A stretch of 64,000 bases of DNA. Source: Somniosus microcephalus. Its lineage: Eukaryota. The DNA is taken from positions 31,310,001-31,374,000 of the forward strand of contig JBMRGM010000043.1 in NCBI GenBank assembly GCA_052327205.1, read 5' to 3'. The position numbers were made by a program, and so were the translations under genes. The notes under the pieces are model-generated. The model was not told where the DNA came from. It saw only the letters and a program-made list of their open reading frames with translations, and ran no database searches. Of the stretch, positions 1 to 12,456 are shown piece after piece (position 1 is the stretch's first letter; every line of letters begins with the position of its first letter).

Positions 1-244
1 GGGCAGAGTGTCGGCGTTAAATGGATGGTAAGTCTACCGACCCCATGTCGAGGCCATTACCACCCGATTTCAGCAAGTTAATTTCACTTCATGAATAGAA
101 ATTTCGATCAATAGACACCCGATATGTCTCACCTGGTTGGGACACTGAGTAGAAATTACCCACTGTACTTACTACAGTGTATAGTGCAAAGACTGGAAGT
201 TTCCAAATTTCTAATCATAAATTCCATTTATTGTCTTTCTGCAG

Positions 245-496
245 CTCCTGGGCCGGAAGTGCTGGTTAGTTTTCCCAGCAGTGGTGTGGTAAAGGAAGGA
301 GAGGAATTTAAGCTGCAGTGTCGATACAGTGGCAAAGCTATTTACACTAATTGGTTAAAAAATAATATACATTTACATGAACCTCAGAGTGAGTTTTATG
401 AATCACTAGCAGACAGCAGCAGTGGAGGCTCTTACCAGTGTGATGTATGGTCAAACAAATCGGAGAGGAGTGAGGCTCTGGAAGTGGTCACAATCG
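245..496 (+). CDS. Gene A Ig exon 1 (APGPEV..LQCRY..W..GSYQC..VVTI)
   Basis: ctgcag acceptor, g/gtaggt donor, phase 1-1, two canonical Cys and Trp. Confidence 0.9.
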
Positions 497-549
497 GTAG
501 GTGAACTTTGACACTTAATAGCATAGAAAATAGACACAAGACAGAATAA

Positions 550-903
550 TAAGCATTCATATAGCGTCTATCACGACCTCCGATTGCACTGCACAGACAA
601 TTAATTACTTTTCAATATATTCACTGATGTAACGTGAGATAAGTGACAGCTAGTTCGGGCAGAGCAAAGCTCCCACAAAGAGCATTGTAATAATGACCAG
701 ATCATTTTACACTTCTATGCTTGCTCTAATGATTGCTCTTTCAATTATTTTTGTTGGATTTTTGACGTCCATCTAAGTGGGGATATGGGGCCTCAGTATA
801 ATGTCTCATTGGAAAGGAACCGTTTCCTGCAATAACGACACCGGGAGTCTCTGGTGTGGGATTCGAACCAACGCCTTATTGTCGCAGAGGCGATTGAGCC
901 ACG
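550..903 (-). mobile_element. Degenerate DeuSINE-like tRNA-derived SINE
   Basis: Reverse complement resembles the SINE at 32669-33065 (gattcgaacc B-box region, aatgaccagat core, tatagcg tail); boundaries approximate. Confidence 0.6.
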
Positions 904-1493
904 CCTACTGTTGATTATTGGCTGCTGAGTCAAACCGCTGGAAGTGGCCACCATCAGTCGCTGAACTTTGACCCATAGTCAGCTCAGCTCTTGTCACGAA
1001 AATTTACTGTTTTAAAGAGGACTCTCAGTATATATTGTGAGACAGTGTATCAAACATATTACTTACTTGAGCAAAATTGCCAAGTGGACACTGGGATGAA
1101 TGATACCATTCTGCCGCACCTCCCTTCAACCAGCTCTGCTCTAAATAGAACAATCCCAGCTCCTTTAGTCTCACCACACCCAATGAACAAATACCAGTCG
1201 TTCCTTGAAAGAGTGCCGAGTTTGTTGCTGATTTGTAGAATCGGGTTTCGAAGTAAAAGTTATTTGATGAACGTTTGAAGGACAACATACGGGGCATCAG
1301 CTGAACATAAGAAGGGACACGTGACTTTCTAATGCCACATTTGTCACTACAGCTTTTCGGGTTATAGGCCTGTTGTTCTTTACTGAAGTGATTACTATAG
1401 ATGCACTCTAATGGAAATATACTATAGGATGTCATACCTGTAGTTTAACATATTACAATTTGTACTTACTTAATATTTCTTACATATTTTCAG

Positions 1494-1754
1494 CTTCTGA
1501 TATGATTTTAACTCTTGAAGTAAAACCAAGAGCCACGCTGTCAGGTGAAAGAATTATCCTGAATTGTTTGGTGTCTGACCAGAAAGGGAGAGGATACTTC
1601 CTGTGGTATCAGAAAGAAGAGATAATACATGGAAGTTCTCAATCTCAGTACATCATAACTAAAGCAGAAATTGCAGATGGGGCATCTTATCGGTGTGAAT
1701 GCAAAATAGGCTACAGGAAGTGGGTCTCGCAGGAAGTAAACCTCACCGTAACAG
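1494..1754 (+). CDS. Gene A Ig exon 2 (SDMILTLEV..LNC..FLWY..DGASYRCEC..VNLTVT)
   Basis: tttcag acceptor, ag/gttggt donor, 261 nt, Ig motifs. Confidence 0.9.
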
Positions 1755-2134
1755 GTTGGTCGCTGGCTTTGCTGTTTTCCTCCCAAAGTTGCTGCTTGTT
1801 AATTTGCTGAAAGATGGAAAACGATGCGAAGAACATTCTTTGGCTCGACAATTTTTGTTGAAGTTGGTAAATATTTGCAATTACTGGGAAAACATTCCAA
1901 GCTGTGCATTGTAGGCAAGCTTCTGGGTCGCATGTGGCAAAATCAGCCACTGCGTTAACTGTAAGGGCCCCATGAATCCGTAGGAGTGCATGTCTCCTTC
2001 TCGGTTGCTCCTGAGAATTATCGGGAAATGTCGTTGGAGTTCATCTGCATTTCATTTCCGTGCTCTCACGCTGCTGGGCGATTGCATGGGCATCCCCGTG
2101 CTCATATCATTAGGCCTGCATATGGGCTAGTAAT

Positions 2135-2350
2135 AAGAGGGTGGTTAGAATGTGGAACTCGCTCCCACAGGGAGTAGTTGAGGGAACTGCAATTAAGGTG
2201 AAGCTAGATAATTACATGAGCGAGAAAGGAATTGAAGGATATCTTGATGGGGTAGATGATGAAGGCTGGGAAGAGACCCGTGTGGAAGATAAGCACCTGC
2301 ATGGACCTATTAGGCCGAATGGCCTGGCTCTCTGCTGTAAATATCGTGTA
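2135..2350 (+). mobile_element. CR1 LINE 3' end fragment
   Basis: VRMWNSLPQGVVE C-terminal ORF2 motif followed by ggccgaatggcct 3'UTR. Confidence 0.75.
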
Positions 2351-3335
2351 CAATGTACTATGAGTCAGGAGGGATGTTTCTGGTCTTCCACAAAAGTTTC
2401 CTATTCATTTACAATGGCGGACCCCAAGAGAGGAGGGCTCTTGAAGGACACTGGTGGTGGAGCTTTCGTCCGCTTAATCTGCCAACCAAAGTCTTTGTGA
2501 GGATCCAAGGGCATCCTAAAGTGGTAGCAAGGTAGGTAGTTATTTGAATTAAATTCTCACCCCCAAACTCCTGCCTGTCGATCGTAGGTATTGGAAGATT
2601 TTGAACTGCTAATCTTTGGCTGCAACCAGAAAGCCCCATTTCAAAGTTAACATGAGTCTCCTGGCAGTGATCTCGGTCCTACTGATGTGTATGCAAACCA
2701 ACGTAAGACCATCCCAACATAGGCGGATTTGATGCTAATGGATGGAAGATTGTAGCTGGTTCAGGCTTATAGCTGAGGCCTGGAATATTTGGGGCACTCT
2801 TTACCTTATGTTGACAACGCATCTCTGGGACCTTGTGCCCACTGGCCGATTCAGAAGGCAAAATGAGCTGGATGCACTCCTTCCAGAATCTGGTGCTGTG
2901 GATGGAATGCTCCTCAAAAAATCCGGCGTAATTTCCTTCTTTTGAAATCAAAAGTGTACATATACGGCGGGTTCAGTGAGCAATACGTGATCCTTTGTGC
3001 CGGATTTTCTATTCCCTTTTCTGCTTATGAGTTTCTTAACCGCCGTGCCCAACGTAGATTATTTTCAGTGTTCCAACCTAAGAGTAGCTGGGCCAAATGG
3101 TGGGGAAGTGCTGCAGGAGGAGAGCAATACCAATGAACCCAAATTGGAACCATCAGTATATTCAACAGCAACTGTCCACTGCTTCCTTTCTGTTCTGTAT
3201 TTGCCCCAGCCTGGATTGGATTTGGGATTGGGATTATATAACGTGTCCAATGTATTCGGGCTGTTGTCGAAGCAGTTCTTCGTTTGATTTCATCATTTGT
3301 TAAACTAAACTACGAAATTTTGTTCCCAACATTAG

Positions 3336-3590
3336 ATGGCGATGTGGCCTTCCAGGTCGACCCACCTTCGGTTTTGGAAGGAGATGTTCTGAATCTGAAT
3401 TGTCGGTACAGAAAATATTATTTGTGGAAAGATGTTGGCTTTTACAAAGGAAATAGAAGGATCCACTCAATGAAGTTGTATTATTGGAACGCTCTGCATA
3501 GCATTAGAGTGAATAGTTCAAAAGACAGTGGATCATACCATTGTACTATTGACGAGAAAATTTATCGAAGTGTTCATGTTCACGTTCACG
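3336..3590 (+). CDS. Gene A Ig exon 3 (DGDVAFQVDPPSVLEGD..C..FYKG..DSGSYHC..VHVH)
   Basis: attag acceptor, g/gtacgt donor, 255 nt. Confidence 0.9.
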
Positions 3591-4637
3591 GTACGTATGC
3601 AAAATTTCAATTGGTGATACCCCTCTTTAATATTTATAAATATTACTGGTCCGAGAATTTCTGAATCTGTACAAAGTTATATATAGTTCTGTGATCTCGG
3701 AATAATTTGTTCACGTTAGGTCATATGATGTTTGTCTAACAACGTGCTACTTTAGTCGATATTTAACACGGGCGGGTCTCCTCCCATGCCAGCTCCAGCA
3801 GATTTCTTTCTCCTCCCGACCCACCTTTGAGGAGAATTTGGCGGCTTCCTCCATTACCACCATGTGACATCTAGAGGCTGACGGGCAGTTTTCTGCCACG
3901 AAACCGAAATTTGATGCTGCCTCTGTCCTTAATAAGCACGATGAGTATATTTGACAAAGTACCAGCAGGTCCTCGTGAGACCCTGGAACGTCAGTGGTCG
4001 GTCCGCTGACGAACATTGTGGAAGGATAGAATAAGCAGTGTGCTCCTCTCCACTCTGTTTTGCTATTTTCACTTACGTGTTTGGCGCAAACTTCGCCACA
4101 GACCCCTAATAAACTATGGGAGCAGATTCCCTTGGATGCCCTTGTCATCGCAGCGGGTGTGTTATATCATCACTGATCCATCACCCTGGCCGTGAGAATC
4201 TGGAGTCTTTGTAAATTCAGATGGTGACAACGGAGCAGGGGGCTTTGTTGGGGACAGAGCGATTTTGCTGCGACCAATTGTGGAGTTCACCGTGGTCATA
4301 ATAGATGGAGAGACACGGCAGATAATGGCTAAAAGAGAAAAGAGCTATGGGAGGATCCCTGCTGAAATATAAGTCTTGTCCTGGTTGGAATTTCTGTTTC
4401 AGCACTTTATATTAAGCAGATTAAGATCTCCGCAAACAAAGCAGCGAGAGGAATTCCACAACAATATAGTAATGCTTCCTGCTCTAGTGTTCCACAATAC
4501 AGCTGCTAGTTACCGTTAATTGTAGACGCCCCTCGTGGCGATTTGCGGTATTGCCTTGCTCCTATTAAAAAGCTCTGCTGTCTGTTTAACTCAGTGATAG
4601 GAAATGTTACCTGTCAATCCAGATTCTGCTTTCACAG

Positions 4638-4913
4638 AACTCTTCTCCAAACCTAAACTGAGGACTGACCCTGCAGTTGAAATATTTGAGGGACACCAGT
4701 TAGTATTCATCTGTATTATTGAAACAATGCCGTACAGTAATGGGCTTCAATACTCATTTTACAAAAATGGCAAAGCTCTGATATTGACTTCATACAACAC
4801 ATTTAAGCTCACGGAGACAGCTTCTTTGAAGGACTCGGGGACTTACCTGTGTGAAGCAAATATTTCCTACCGCGTTGTGAAAAAGAGTGATGAGGTTTCC
4901 ATTGCAGTTAAAG
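4638..4913 (+). CDS. Gene A Ig exon 4 (ELFSKPKL..FIC..YSFYKNG..DSGTYLCEA..KKSDEVSIAVK)
   Basis: cacag acceptor, ag/gtaagg donor, 276 nt; FCRL D3/PECAM-like start. Confidence 0.9.
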
Positions 4914-5459
4914 GTAAGGACAGCCAGCTGTAATTATAGTTGAATGAAAGAATTCTTCAGGGGATTATACTTAAATAAACATACGAGAGGGATCCAGTCT
5001 GGTAAAGGATTTACCCACAAGTTTATCACGTAATAATCAATTTTGAATGCAACCTGCTAAATGACAGCGCCACCTGGTTCTTACACTATCCATACATTTG
5101 CTGAAAACCGAAGTTTTAAAAGCTGCTACGTTTGAGGACCAGCGCCCACTCCCAGTGGGTAATAGTAGCTTCCTGAAATAGTGTGGAATTGGGCGATATT
5201 GAATTTATCTCCCATTATATGTCCCGACCGTTTTTGCATCCATTGATCTTCAATGGACAGGAATATCGCGCGTAGTGTAGAATTGGTGCAAGATTCGATG
5301 CCGTGCATTTTAACCCATAGCCCCAAGGTAAAGTTACCTTCCCTGTTTCTAACTGGCATATTCAGCAGCGAGCAGAACCTGGTCAGGAACAGCAGGGTGA
5401 TTAATCAGCCAATGCCTTACCACTTACTAGCCCCGGAAATCTTCTATAGTTGAAAACTC

Positions 5460-5593
5460 GGGGGTAAAATTTAACATTGACAGCGCTAAAACTGAACGGC
5501 AGAAAATTGAATTGAAATTGGCCTGTGTTTATAAAGGGTGATCAATCTGCTACCACCGGTTTTTTACCCCAGACAAACTTGAATTTTCACCCC
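5460..5593. mobile_element. Short palindromic MITE-like element (GGGGTAAAATT..AATTTTCACCCC); relatives near 11543-11675 and 39917-40028
   Basis: Terminal inverted repeats visible; copies at the same position in each cassette. Confidence 0.55.
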
Positions 5594-6242
5594 CTCCAAT
5601 TTCAGTAGCGGTGGATGCAAAATGCCCGAGGTCACTAACGTCTGTGCCTCTGGTGCCCGGGGATTCCTTCCCAATCTTTTAGATCCGACCAATCATAACT
5701 CGAGCTTTGCATTTTCAATGGGGCAGGCAATCTGAAAACAAGGTGGGAGTTATCAATCCTGTGTCGGCAGTGGATTTCAGAAAAATTGTATTGATAGTAG
5801 CTGAGCGTTTAACATGAAGGTCCTAAAATTTGCAGTTGCTGCCACAACGACCAAGGATATTTCAGTATTTAAGACCCGGGAGTAAAGCATCGCCTGGGCT
5901 GAGAGCTGAGTTCAAATGATGGGGTTGTGGGGTTGGGGTGTTGGGGGATAATCTCACAGGATCCGCAGGATGTTTCTTCCATTCATTTCAATGGAAGGGT
6001 TAACTTGTTCCCAAATCTAGCCACGACAGGATGTTCAGACCTCAAGTGATAACTGTGTCAAGGTCCCGAACTGCATATTCCCGTAGCAGAGCGCAATCAA
6101 GGATTATTGAAAGCCTCTTTCTCTGAGCTGCTGTCGGCTTTTCATTCTTCTGCTCATTAACGTGAGTTGTCCAAACACATAAATTGTTAAGTCTGTGATG
6201 GATGTGGAACCCGGAAAATCCATGCATTATTCTATTTTATAG

Positions 6243-6521
6243 AGGTCTTCTCCATACCTACACTGAGGGCTGAGTCTGGAGCTCAATTATTTGTGGACCA
6301 ACAGTTAAATCTCGCCTGTTTGGTTAAAATATTTCGATCCAATACTTCCTTGAGACTCGTATTTTACAAAGATGGACAATCTCTCACTTCAGCGGCAGAC
6401 AACAACTATTACATCAAGAAGGCATCTCGGCCGGACGATTCGGGGAATTACTGGAGCGAAGCAACTACTTTGAACAGTGAGGTGAAGAAACTGAGTAATC
6501 AGGTTTCCGTTTCAGTCAGAC
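6243..6521 (+). CDS. Gene A Ig exon 5 (EVFSIPTL..LAC..VFYKDG..DDSGNYWSEA; second Cys absent)
   Basis: ttatag acceptor, c/gtgagt donor, 279 nt open frame. Confidence 0.85.
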
Positions 6522-7595
6522 GTGAGTACAATTTAAGACAATGTTATAACACTTTTAAAGAGAACATGAAAATCATAGAATACGGGTAGCGCTGATTCAA
6601 CAGTACACCAGGGAAGTAAAAGTGTATTCACCAGGATAGACTTGAGGTATTGGGACTAACACTACCGGGTTAGCCATAGCTAAAGGTTATTTCATTAGTG
6701 GTTTTTAAATGCAAATTCCGAAATTGGGCGATTAGGGAAAGATATTTTCTCTGATTGCGAAGACAGGAAGGAGGGATCAGTAATGTATAATTATCATTAA
6801 AGCGGGAGGGTAGCGCTTAGAAGGACGTTCCGAGTGCTGGAACATAGAATGATTTGCCAGGTGGAGCGGTGGAGTTAGATAGAATTTTACAGTGAACATG
6901 AGGCTAGTGGCAGTGCCCTCGGGCCTACTGATGTGCGCCTGTCACTGCCCTACAGAAACCAGCGTAAGCCCGTCCCAACATAGGCAGATCTCTTGCTAAT
7001 GGATGAGAGAGTGTAGCTGAATCAGGCATGTAGCTGAGGCCAGGAAGGTTTGGCGCACTCTTTCCTTATCGTCACAACGCAACTCGGGCACTGTGTGCCC
7101 TCTGGGAGACTCAGAAAGCAAAAGGAGCTGGATGCACACCTTCCATAATCTGGTCGGAGGGGGGGATGGAATGCACCTCACAGAATCCGGTGGAGTTTCC
7201 TTCTGTTGAGATCAATGGAGTACATTTACTGTGAGTTCGGTAAGCAATAAGTGATCATTAGTGCTAGATTTTCTAATCCCTTATGTGCTCGGGCGTTGCT
7301 TAACCGTCGTTCCCAAAATAGTTTATTTTCAGTGTATCAAACTAAGAAGAGCTGGGCCAAATGGTGGGGAGCTGCTGCACGAGGATAGATTATCAATAAA
7401 CCCCATTTACAACCATCAGTAAATTCAACACCACCCGACTGCTGTTTCCTTTCTGTTCTTCTTTTTCCCAGACTTGCCTGGAGTTGGGATTGGGGTTTTC
7501 TCGTGTCCAATGTATACGGGCTGTTGTGGAGCAGTTCTCAGTTTGAGTTAAGCATTTGTTAAGCTAAAACCGCCACATTTTGTTCCCAACATTAG

Positions 7596-7853
7596 ATCGC
7601 AAAGTGGCCTTCAATGTCGACCCACCTTCGGTTTTGGAAGGAGGTGTTCTGAATCTGAATTGTTGGTTCAGAATGCATTATTGGAGGCATAAAGATGTTG
7701 GCTTTTACAAGGGCAATATAAGGATTCACTCAATGAAGTTGACCGATCGGAGAGCTCTGCATAGCATTAGAGTGAATAGTTCAAAAGACAGCAGATCATA
7801 CCATTGCACTGTTGGCAATAAGGAATCACGAAGTGTTCATGTTCACGTTCAAG
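7596..7853 (+). CDS. Gene A Ig exon 6 (paralog of exon 3)
   Basis: attag acceptor, ag/gtacgt donor, 258 nt. Confidence 0.9.
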
Positions 7854-7987
7854 GTACGTCGGCAATATTTCAATTGGCGATATCGCTCTTGGATATTTAT
7901 CCATATTACAGGTCCGAGAGGTTCTGAATCTGTCCACATTTATGCATAGCTGTGTGAGCTCGGAAGAATTTGTTCGTGTTAGGTCAT

Positions 7988-8709
7988 AGAGGCCTTGAAT
8001 TTCCGTTCGGCGATTTCCTGCCGGTAGATGCCTCCAATCGGAAACAAATCTACGAACTTACCTGCTGGTTTGGAGAGCCCGAGGCTTCCGATCCTGGGCC
8101 TCTCCTGTTGGAAATGCGCAGAGGCCCAGGTATCCCAGGGGCACATACGGTTTGCAAGCGCTCCTGGGATCACGTGAGAAAGGCGAACAAATCAAAGAAG
8201 GGAATCCCCCTTCATACATTTGACAGGTCTGTAGGGACTGAACTGTCAAAAGTATGATTGGGAACCACATTTAAAAACACACTAAAACAGTAAATAAACT
8301 ATTTAAAATTACAAAATTAAAATGAATTAAAATTCCATTTAATTAAATATTTTAAACATAATTTATAGAAAAAAAATTAAACATTTTTACTGGGCTATAA
8401 ATAATTTACCGTTTCAAGAGTATTTCTAACTTATAAGTGAGTGATCAAATTTGTTATTTCTAACTTTCATCACTCTTATGCCTACTTTTACCAGTCGGAC
8501 GAATTCTACAGCCTTTCAGCTGCCGGAAGTTGTGCAAACTCTCCAGCCACAGAGGCTCTTTTCTTGGGCAAGTGGATCATCTGTCAAGAGAATTCTTGAC
8601 AGATCGCAGGTGCCGGTTTTAAGCGCATACCTGAAATCGGTACCTGCAAGGCCCCTATGGGTGAGTACACAGCTCGTATGCACCCGTGGGGGTTGGAAAA
8701 CTTGGCCCA
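7988..8709. mobile_element. About 720 bp MITE-like insertion, same family as 29086-29784 in opposite orientation
   Basis: Absent at the homologous site in unit 1 (ggtcatatgatg near 3719-3730); imperfect TIRs; shared internal palindromic motifs. Confidence 0.7.
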
Positions 8710-9523
8710 TGATGGCTGTCTAACACCGTGCTACTTTAGCCAATAATTAACCCAGGGTGGGTCTCCTCCCGTGCTAACGCCGGCAGCTATCTTTCTCCTC
8801 CCGCCCCACCTCAGAGGAGAATTTGGCGGCTTCCCATTACCAGCCTGTTACATCAAGAGGCTGACGGGGAGTATTCCCCCACTAAACCGAAATATGATGG
8901 TGCCTCTCTCCCTAACAACCACGATGATGAGTTGACAAAATGCACCAGCAGGTACTCCTGAAAATTCAGTGGCGGGTCCGCTGATGGACTGTGTGGAAGG
9001 ACACAATAAGCAGTGTGCTCCTCTCCCCTCTCTTTTGCCCTTTCCACTTACCTGTTTGGCATAAGCTTAATCACAGGCTCCTAATAAAATCTGTACGCTG
9101 ATGCCGTTGGATGCCCTTATCATCGCAACGGGTGAGTTATATCATCACTGATCCATCACCCTGGCCGGGAGAATCGGGAGTCTTTTTAATTTCAGATGGT
9201 GACAGCTGAGCTGGGGGCTGGCTAGGGACAGAGCAATGTAGCTGTGGATATTGGTGGAGTTCACCCTGGTCATACTAGATGGTGAAGACGCAGCAGAGAA
9301 TGGCTAAAAGAGAAAAGATCTAAGGGAGGATATTCCTGCTGATAATTAAGCCTTGCCCAGTATGGAATTCCGGTTTCAGCAGAATAAATTAAGCAGGTTA
9401 AGTTCTCCGCAAACAAAGCAGCGAGAGGAAATCCATAAAAACATAATAATGCTTCCTGCTCTAGTGATCCACAATACAGCTGCTGGTTACCATTAAGTAT
9501 AGGCGCCCATCGTGGCTATTCTC

Positions 9524-10614
9524 TAGATGTAATCTCTCCAAATTTGCAGACAACACAAAGCTTGCTGGGCGTGTGTGCTATGAGGAGGATGCCAAGAAAC
9601 TCCAGGCTGATTTGGAGAGATTGGGTGATTGGGCAAAAGCGTGGCAGATGCAATATAACGTGGATAAATGTGAGGTTATCCACTTTGGTGGCAAAAACAG
9701 GAAGGCAGATTATTATCTGAATCGCAATAGATTGGGAGAAGGGGAAGTGCAACGAGACCTGTGTGTCCTTGTGCACCAGTCGCTGAAGGTAAGCATGCAG
9801 GTGCAGCAGGTGGTTAAGAAGGGAATTGGCATGTTGGCCTTCGTAGCGAGATGGTTTGAGTACAGGAACAAGGATGTCTTGCTGCAGTTATACAGGGCCG
9901 TGGTGAGACCACACCTTGAGTATTGTGTGCAGTTTTGGTCAGCTTATCTGAGGAAGGATCACAGATCACAGAAACCCCACAGTGCAGATAGAGGCCATTT
10001 CGGCACATATCCCACCCAATCCCCGTAACCCCTACACCAAAACATATCCCCATTTAATCCCCCTAACACTAAGGGTCAATTTATCATAGCCAATCAACCT
10101 AACCCGCCATGGAAGGAGTTCAGCGAAGATTCACCAGGCTGATACCTGGGATGGCAGGAATGACGTATGAGGAGAGATTGGGTCGATTGGGCTTGTCCTT
10201 GCTGGAGTTTAGAAGAATGAGAGGGGATCTCATTGAAACTTATAAAATTCTGACGGGACTGGACAGACTAGATGCAGGAAGAATGTTCCCGATGGTCGGG
10301 CAGTCCAGAACCAGGGGTCACATTCTAAGGATAAGGGGTAAGCCATTTAGGACAGCAATGAGGAGGAATTTCATCACCCAGAGAGTGGTGAACCTGTGGA
10401 ATTCTCTGCCACAGAAGGCAGTAGAGGCCAATTCATTAAATATATTCAAGAAGGAGTTGTATATATTTCTTAAGGCTAAAGGGATCAAGGGGTATGGGGA
10501 TAAAGCAGTGACCAGGTACTGAATTTGGTTGATCGGCCATGATCGCATTGAATGGCGGAGAAGGCTCGTGGGGCCGAATGCCAACTCCTGCTCCTATCTT
10601 CTATGTTTCTATGT
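9524..10614 (+). mobile_element. 5'-truncated CR1 LINE (RT C-terminus + 3'UTR)
   Basis: LQADLERLGDWAKAWQMQYNVDKC, RPHLEYCVQFW, RRMRGDLIE; (ttctatgt)n tail; candidate TTCTC TSD at 9519-9523 and 10615-10619. Confidence 0.92.
9960..10106 (-). mobile_element. 3' part of HE1/V-SINE-like shark SINE nested in the CR1
   Basis: Reverse complement reads cgggttaggttgattggc..aaattgacccttagtgt..aatggcctc..ctgcactgt; interrupts the CR1 ORF after LRKD. Confidence 0.75.
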
Positions 10615-10710
10615 TTCTCGGTATTGGCTTGCTCTTATTATCAATCTCTGCTATTTGTTTAACACAGTGATAGGAACTGTTACCTATCAATCCATATTCT
10701 GTTTTCACAG

Positions 10711-10989
10711 AACTCTTCACCAAACCTAAACTGAGGTCTGAGCCTGCAGTTGAAATACTTGAGGGAGACCAGTTAAAATTCATCTGTTTTATTGAAAATA
10801 TACCGTCAAATATTTGCTTAAAATATTCATTTTACAAAAATGGCACAGCTCTGATCTTGACCCCATACTACAAATATATTCTCACTGAGGCAGCTTCATT
10901 GAAGGACTCAGGGACTTACCAGTGCGTAGCAAATGCTTTCGACTTTGGTGTGAAAAAGAAGAGTGATGAGGTTTACATTTCGGTAACAG
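10711..10989 (+). CDS. Gene A Ig exon 7 (ELFTKPKLRSEPAVEILEGDQLKFICFIENIPSNICLKYSFYKNG..DSGTYQCVA..VYISVT)
   Basis: Not in the ORF track; translated by hand; ttcacag acceptor, ag/gtatgg donor, 279 nt open. Confidence 0.9.
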
Positions 10990-12177
10990 GTATGGACATT
11001 CAGCTTTAATTATTGTTCATCTTTCATTTAAAGAATTCTTCAGGGCATTATAGTTAAGTAACCATACGGGAGGGATCCGGTCTGGTAAAGGGTTAACCCT
11101 CAAGTTTATCGGGTATAAATCAATTTGAATGCAATCTTTTCAAATCTTATCACCACGTGGCTCTTATACAATCCTTACATTTGCTGAAAACCGCATTTGT
11201 AGGAGCTGCAAAATTTGAAGTCCAGTGCCCACTCTCAGTGGGTAACATTAGCTTCCTTCAGTAGTGTGGAAATGGGCGATTATGAAATTGCCTCCCATTA
11301 TTTGTCCCGCCCGTTTTTGCTTCCCATCATCTTCAGCAGACAGGAAAATCGTGCGTGGTGTACAATTGGCGCAAGCTTCGATATTGGAAATTTTACCCCA
11401 TGGCTCCAAGGTAAAGATACTTGCTCTGTTTCTGTCTGGCTGAATGAGAAACCAGCAGAACCTGGTCAGGAATAGCAGGGTGTTTAATCAGACAAAGCCT
11501 TAGCACTTACTAGTCCCGGAAATCTTTGATAGTTGAATACTCGGGGGTAAAATTTAACTTTGAGAGCGCAGTAGCGGATCAGCAGACAATGGAATTGAAA
11601 TTTGCCTGTGTTTATAACGGGAGGCCAATCTGCGACCACCGGTTTTGCACCCCATCGAAATTTGAAATTTCACCCCGTCCAATTTCAGTAGAGGTGGAAG
11701 AGGATGAGGAAAAACGCCCGAGGTCACTAAAGTGTGAGCCTTTGATGCCCAGGAATTCCGTTTCCACTCCGTTAGATCCGGTCAATCATAACGCTATCTT
11801 TGCATTTTCTATGGAGCAGGCAATCTGATGACAAGGTGGGAGTTATCGATCCTGTGTTGGGAGTGGATTTCCAAAGAATGGCATTGTCAGTTGCTGAGCT
11901 TCTAGCATGAATGTCGCAAAGTTTGCAGGCGCTGCAACAATGACGAAGGAGACTTCAGTATTTAAGGCCTGGGCGCAAAGCATCATCTAGGCAGAGAGCT
12001 GAGTTAAAATTCTGGATCAGGGGCGCGTTCTGGTGTTGTGGGCTAATCTCACAGGACCCGCAGGATGTGTCTTCCACTCAATGTTCCAAAGATTAACATT
12101 TGCTGCACAAATCCGAAATTGTAATGTCTGTGATAGTTGTGGAATCTGTCAAATCCATAATTCGTTCTATTTTATAG

Positions 12178-12456
12178 AGCTCTTCTCCGAACCTACTTTG
12201 CGGGCTGATTCTGGAGCTCAATTATTTGAGGGCCAACAGATAAAACTCGCCTGTTTGGTAGAAATATTTCGATCCAATTCTTCCTTGAGACTCGTATTTT
12301 ACAAAGATGGACAACCTCTCAATTCAGCGGCAGACCACAGCTATTACATCAGGGAAGCATCTCGGCCGGAAGATTCGGGGATTTACCGGTGTGAAGCAAC
12401 TACTTTGAACCGTGAGGTGAAGAAACTGAGTAATCAGGTTTCAGTTTCAGTCAGAC
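12178..12456 (+). CDS. Gene A Ig exon 8 (ELFSEPTL..LAC..DSGIYRCEA)
   Basis: ttatag acceptor, c/gtgagt donor, 279 nt. Confidence 0.9.
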
